Source: Candidatus Thorarchaeota archaeon (lineage in GTDB: Archaea; Asgardarchaeota; Thorarchaeia; Thorarchaeales; Thorarchaeaceae). From it: a DNA stretch of 64,000 nt. The notes beneath the pieces are model-generated. The model was not told the origin of the DNA, did no database searches, and worked only from the letters and a program-made list of their open reading frames with translations. A program made the translations under genes and the position numbers. Numbering within the stretch: the stretch's first letter is position 1; each line of letters starts with the position of its first letter. The stretch lies in assembly GCA_011364985.1 (NCBI GenBank), contig RDOC01000006.1:1-64000 (forward strand). The letters are read 5' to 3'. Below are positions 59,979-64,000 of this stretch, piece by piece.

Positions 59979-60452
59979 CTAGTAGTACTCACCAATATCC
60001 TCGTTCCAAACATCAGGGTGGGACTTGATGAAATCCGTCATGATTTCGATGCATTTCCGGTCTTGCATAACATGGACTGTCACACCTCGACTCCTTACAT
60101 AGTCCTCTGGGCCTTTGAAAGTGCGGTTTTCTCCAACTACTACAACAGGGATTCTGTACAAAAGGATTGCACCACTGCACATGTCACAAGGAGAGTGTGT
60201 GGAGTAAAGCACCGATCTTCTGTAGTCTGCAGCTTTCAGTCTTCCTGCGTTCTCCAGAGCATCCATCTCAGCATGAAGGATGGCGCTTCCCTTCTGAATA
60301 CGTTGGTTATGGCCCTTGCCAACAATAGATCCGTCCAATACTAAGACCGAACCAATGGGAATCCCTCCTTCCGATAGCCCCGTTCTTGCTTCAACGATAG
60401 CCTCCGCCATGAACCGCTTCATGTCATGTTCTGTAGGTACCCTTGATTTCAC
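59979..60452 (-). CDS. cytosine deaminase (yeast Fcy1-like, Zn deaminase fold)
   Basis: EGGIPIGSVL, LHAEMDALENAGR, SPCDMC and WNEDIGE motifs. Confidence 0.88.
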   Translation of the reverse strand: MKSRVPTEHDMKRFMAEAIVEARTGLSEGGIPIGSVLVLDGSIVGKGHNQRIQKGSAILHAEMDALENAGRLKAADYRRSVLYSTHSPCDMCSGAILLYRIPVVVVGENRTFKGPEDYVRSRGVTVHVMQDRKCIEIMTDFIKSHPDVWNEDIGEYY

Positions 60453-60568
60453 TTCATGATCACTTCATCCATTGAACTGAACAGCTGGATATAGCCGTAC
60501 TGGAGAAGAGCAATCCGTGGTGAAATGGACTTGCATGAGCATAAATCGTAACAGAAGGACTGAATGCT

Positions 60569-60874
60569 ATGCACCTTACTCATGACTGCAGGAAAAAGCA
60601 GAGCACAGATTCAACACTGAAAAGGGCCAGTGAAAGGGCTGCTGAAGTACTTCAGTCAATCTGGAATGAGTTCGGAAGCATCAAGGTACTGGATAGTGAC
60701 CTCTGGTTATATGACGATTATATCCAATTCACTGTGAACGCAAGACATAGTGTAGATCCTGCTGTTGTCGAAGTGGAGGGAGTTGCCTTCAAAGAATGTC
60801 AGAAGAAAGAGTGTAGCTTTAGCACTCTGATATTCGAGATTAATGTTGAGGACTCTGAAACCCTCAGAGAGTAG
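60569..60874 (+). CDS. hypothetical protein
   Basis: 101-aa ORF with no recognisable motif. Confidence 0.5.
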   Translation: MHLTHDCRKKQSTDSTLKRASERAAEVLQSIWNEFGSIKVLDSDLWLYDDYIQFTVNARHSVDPAVVEVEGVAFKECQKKECSFSTLIFEINVEDSETLRE

Positions 60875-61311
60875 ACAGAATATATAGATCCCCCTTGTCT
60901 CGCTTCAATTCCCAATTGAGACCAGTAGCTGTTACTTGAAGGTACGCAATTTCTATGGCTCGATTTCCGTTGAATTCTGCACAGGAATGGTCTTAAGACC
61001 CATTCTTCGAGTCCTTCTTCGTTCTGTCATTCCGGATTGCTTTGCAGGAGCAGAAGATTCTCTCCAACGTCAAGCTCTCATTCATCGGCCTGAATCTTTA
61101 TCCATAATGATATAATATAGCATTCAGGAAGGCTATATGATGCCGAGACCATATTCGTTATACAAGAACTGAGAATGAGTGGCGTTCATTCGGAACATTG
61201 GTAGGTTTACTGCCATCACCCAAGAGCATATCTTCTCTCCACACCCAAGAGGCATCTGTGCTCTTGAGCAGGAAATACTGCCGATATACCATCCTTTGAA
61301 GTGTGTAGTCA

Positions 61312-61506
61312 ATGCCTGAAGCAAGAACAAATCCAACCGTCGAAAAGGTCCTTGAGCAAGTCAAGTCATTTCGTGGAAAACGAATGGAATTGGCTACTGA
61401 GCACCCAGATCTTCGTGCGATACGGTGCAATAGGGCGGCCAAGGAGTCACTTCGCGAACTTGAGCATGCAAGGATACTCAGTGAAGGTCATGTCGTCCGC
61501 TTGTAG
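61312..61506 (+). CDS. small hypothetical protein
   Basis: 64-aa helical-looking ORF. Confidence 0.4.
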   Translation: MPEARTNPTVEKVLEQVKSFRGKRMELATEHPDLRAIRCNRAAKESLRELEHARILSEGHVVRL

Positions 61507-61563
61507 GTGAAATCCTTGAGCAATTGTCAATGTCTCAAAACCAATTGGCGAGATATTCAGAAA

Positions 61564-62007
61564 TCAGATGATTGGGAATAAACCCGTTTCCTCCTTGTTA
61601 GAGCGGATAATGTCCCTTAGGAAGAATATGCCTGAGATGATGAGTATGTTCAGACCAGCAAAAACGAGCCCGTCAGGGATTAGTTGCAGGAGGGTCGGTC
61701 CGGGGTCAATAATATGAGATTCCGATGGATTCCAGAGATATGGGAGTACCAACCCGACGCACATCAGTAGAAACCCAACCACGAAGCTGGCAACAACCAT
61801 CCGTGTCATTTGTTCTTTCTGTTTGGGAATTTCTAGATAGAGTTTACTATCTGCTATTGGTCCTCCTGATTGCACCAGTAGTACGAGCAGAGAGTTGGGA
61901 CAAAAGAGCAGACTGAAGACAAAGATGCTATTCATTGCAGTTATTGCGCCCTTTTTGTGGGCAGGCTTGTACATAGGACCGTTCCTATTACTCGCTGCTG
62001 GACTCAT
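61564..62007 (-). CDS. small membrane protein (start possibly at 61809)
   Basis: Two clear TM segments in the C-terminal ~80 aa. Confidence 0.5.
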   Translation of the reverse strand: MSPAASNRNGPMYKPAHKKGAITAMNSIFVFSLLFCPNSLLVLLVQSGGPIADSKLYLEIPKQKEQMTRMVVASFVVGFLLMCVGLVLPYLWNPSESHIIDPGPTLLQLIPDGLVFAGLNILIISGIFFLRDIIRSNKEETGLFPII

Positions 62008-62123
62008 CCCATTAGCGAAATCATAGACAGTCGGAGAGATACCTTAGCCATCTGATACCACGAAACCGTTGCGAGAACACAGTCAAGGTATATTCATATT
62101 TAAAGAACCACCCGTAATTAGGA

Positions 62124-62203
62124 CCTCATGTGTAAACAGCCAGGCCCGTCGGCACAGCCGCGTCTTGCAGGCCCTGCCACAACTAGCTGTTTACACAAGG
62201 AGG
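62124..62203 (+). ncRNA. putative structured RNA leader (multibranch)
   Basis: TGTGTAAACAGCCAG / CTAGCTGTTTACACA (14/15) enclosing two GC hairpins; begins about 20-25 nt after TTTAAA. Confidence 0.55.
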
Positions 62204-62229
62204 CAACATCTGATCAGAAGTGAGAACAG

Positions 62230-62310
62230 ATGAGTAAGGGCAAAGGCAAGGCCAAGACAAAGGCCAAGACTGAAAAGGCCCCTGCTAAGGGCAAGGGCAA
62301 AAAGAAGTGA
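62230..62310 (+). CDS. 26-aa Lys-rich microprotein (not in ORF track)
   Basis: MSKGKGKAKTKAKTEKAPAKGKGKKK; own promoter-like and terminator-like elements. Confidence 0.65.
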   Translation: MSKGKGKAKTKAKTEKAPAKGKGKKK

Positions 62311-62359
62311 CCGACGGGTGTTCTGCACTCCAGGTTTAATCTTAGAACCGTGCAGCTGA

Positions 62360-62405
62360 GCGGGAAGTGAATCTTCCCGCCCACATTTATTTTTCTTTGG
62401 TTTCT
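62360..62405 (+). terminator. GC hairpin plus T-rich tract
   Basis: GCGGGAAG-TGAAT-CTTCCCGC followed by TTTATTTTTCTTT. Confidence 0.65.
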
Positions 62406-62735
62406 ACAGGACTTGTCCACTGCTCAAATTGTGAGCAAATGGTACCAGCAGACAAGGCGAAGAAATTCAATCGAAGTATGTCAGTTATTGAACTCCAGAT
62501 TGCCAGAGAGCTTAGAGAACAAGGAAGCTGCATTCAGGCACGTCGTGTGACTTCCTACTACTGCATTAGTTGTGCTGTTCACATGGGCAAGCTTCACGTT
62601 TGGGATTCCAGCCAAAGAAAGCCAATTTCCAAACGGTTACCGCCCACCGCAAAATGGAAGAATCGAAGGTATTCATTGGTCATCGGGTTAGTGACACTTT
62701 GTGCCTCTCGACGAGGATCACTACAAGAACACTGA
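62397..62735 (+). CDS. rps26e: ribosomal protein eS26 homologue, N-terminally truncated (possible pseudogene)
   Basis: VHCSNCEQMVPADKAKK...ARELREQG...YCISCAVH matches the eS26 Zn ligands; the basic N-terminal arm is absent. Confidence 0.75.
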   Translation: MVSTGLVHCSNCEQMVPADKAKKFNRSMSVIELQIARELREQGSCIQARRVTSYYCISCAVHMGKLHVWDSSQRKPISKRLPPTAKWKNRRYSLVIGLVTLCASRRGSLQEH

Positions 62736-62813
62736 CCAGCTGGAAGATTGAAACTGGGTAGATCCAGATGATTGACCACCGGTCTAGTTCATAGAACAAG
62801 AAATTCATGGGAA

Positions 62814-63188
62814 TCACTTGCAAAGCAGAAGAGCCAGAATGGCATAGAGCACAGTCGTCTTAGGTGCCTCTTCTCTCATGAATTGCCTCTCAGTACAAAT
62901 AATGTAGAGACTGAGTGGGAGAATAACAACTGCCCAGAGTGATACAGTATCAATGGGGAAAACAAGCCCTACTGTGGTATGCGGGCCAGTGATTGTGCTG
63001 CCAGTTTCATAGGATGTAGACCACAGTGCTGCAATCAGTGTATATCTTGTGTACCCTCCGTCAGGATAGTAAGAATATCGTGTAGTTTCCAGAGTGTGAG
63101 AAGCGAGTAGAGCAACAAGAAAGGGCAGCGCATGGATTTTCGATATGTGCTTGGATTTGTCGTTAGCATCAAAACGACTCGTGGGCAT
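62814..63188 (-). CDS. hypothetical membrane protein (possibly degenerate)
   Basis: Hydrophobic segments only. Confidence 0.4.
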   Translation of the reverse strand: MPTSRFDANDKSKHISKIHALPFLVALLASHTLETTRYSYYPDGGYTRYTLIAALWSTSYETGSTITGPHTTVGLVFPIDTVSLWAVVILPLSLYIICTERQFMREEAPKTTVLYAILALLLCK

Positions 63189-63306
63189 TTCATCAATTGA
63201 TTAATGGCAAGCGACATGCTGAGTAATGAAGCAATACGAATGAGGCTTCTTGCTCTACTAATGCTCAAATCATAACATTATAGTCAGAGCATGAGTAGCC
63301 AAGGTT

Positions 63307-63810
63307 ATGGACTCAAGAGTGGAGATGCCATCTGAAACAGGCTATGCAGTGAGAAGGGGAAATGTGACTGATGCTTTGCAAATATCCCTCTTGTACAAGC
63401 GAGTGTGGGATGAGTTTGAGAGTCTATTTCCAAAAAAACTGAAAGAATCTAGGCAGCCTTCTGAGGAGGAAATGAAGAGCTGGATGACCAAAGAAACCTA
63501 TTTCATTGCCGAGGTCGAAAGAGAGACAGTTGGAGTTGTTGGATGTCGAATATTGCATTCAGCATGTCAGTTGGTCCATATGGTTGTTGATAGACCTTGC
63601 CGAGGGAAGGGCATTGGCACCGCTTTAGCTAGGACTGCGATAGATTTCGCAAGAGAGAACAACTCCTTCAAGGTCTGGTTGGACACCATCCCAATCATGA
63701 AAGAGGCAAAAGCCCTCTATGAGAAGCTTGGCTTTGTGAAATGTGGGTATTTGAGAAGACACTTGTACGGACTTGATATTGAATTGTATGAACTCGTTCT
63801 TGTTTCTTAA
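63307..63810 (+). CDS. GNAT-family acetyltransferase
   Basis: VDRPCRGKGIGTAL (motif A) and AKALYEKLGF. Confidence 0.92.
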   Translation: MDSRVEMPSETGYAVRRGNVTDALQISLLYKRVWDEFESLFPKKLKESRQPSEEEMKSWMTKETYFIAEVERETVGVVGCRILHSACQLVHMVVDRPCRGKGIGTALARTAIDFARENNSFKVWLDTIPIMKEAKALYEKLGFVKCGYLRRHLYGLDIELYELVLVS

Positions 63811-63821
63811 TTACACTGTAA

Positions 63822-64000
63822 TCATTCTCTTCTAGCTAGAATGAATACCAATAGAACGCATGCTACGATACCACCCAGAAGAAGGACATAGCAGAGATCT
63901 CATGCTTCTTCGTAGCTAGGACTTGTCCAGTAGACAGCACCATCAGCATGCATGGTCATCTGAAAGTAGCAATAGAAGGGAACAGTTGTGTTTTCTCTTT
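63822..64000 (-). CDS. 3' end of an anchored surface protein gene, with in-frame TGA before the TM tail (partial)
   Basis: ...YWTSPSYEEA*DLCYVLLLGGIVACVLLVFILARRE*. Confidence 0.4.

Noticed and set aside
60880-61300. Possible gene remnants
   Set aside because: No identifiable homology by eye.
62124-62380. SRP RNA, RNase P RNA, tmRNA or SECIS identity for the structured region
   Set aside because: It lacks the SRP helix 8 GNRA/AGCAG, the RNase P GAGGAAAGUCC and tRNA-like ends, and no adjacent UGA-containing selenoprotein ORF was seen.
62234-62409. Spliceosomal-looking intron: ATGA|GTAAGG ... pyrimidine tract-TACAG|G would join the ATG in frame to eS26 (MRLVHC...)
   Set aside because: No spliceosome is known in archaea, the T-tract is explained as a terminator, in-frame joining has a 1-in-3 chance, and splicing would not restore the eS26 basic arm. 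Only junction-spanning RNA reads would revive it.
63307-63810. GNAT as a dedicated acetylase of the Lys-rich peptide
   Set aside because: It is 1 kb away and separated by other ORFs; proximity alone is not evidence.

Overview
A 64-kb chromosomal window from an archaeon, most likely Asgard (Thorarchaeia-like). This is inferred from an eS26 homologue, TATA-type promoters, TrmB/MEDS, LRR and WD40 proteins, Thr-rich C-terminally anchored surface proteins and an IS607 remnant. About 60 CDSs are present. They cover a partial M1 aminopeptidase, a class II photolyase/MsrA/TspO-like stress neighbourhood, a short bacterial-type AlaRS, DUF47-PiT phosphate uptake, SufCB (SMS-type) Fe-S assembly, PadR-ArsM, alkaline phosphatase and a near-complete reductive pyrimidine catabolism cluster lacking PreT. 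Accessory modules are three paralogous secreted Dx[DN]xDG proteins with a membrane-bound regulator, an ABC/C39-peptidase operon, and a four-copy bPH-domain operon. Reading the intergenic DNA reveals elements absent from the ORF track: an internally deleted IS607 (TnpA 5' end joined to TnpB 3' end), an orphan serS 3' fragment, three microproteins and several shared operators. The most notable is a ~280-nt highly structured transcription unit encoding a 26-aa Lys-rich peptide directly upstream of an N-terminally truncated eS26. No tRNA, rRNA or CRISPR array was recognised. All family calls come from motif recognition, not database searches.
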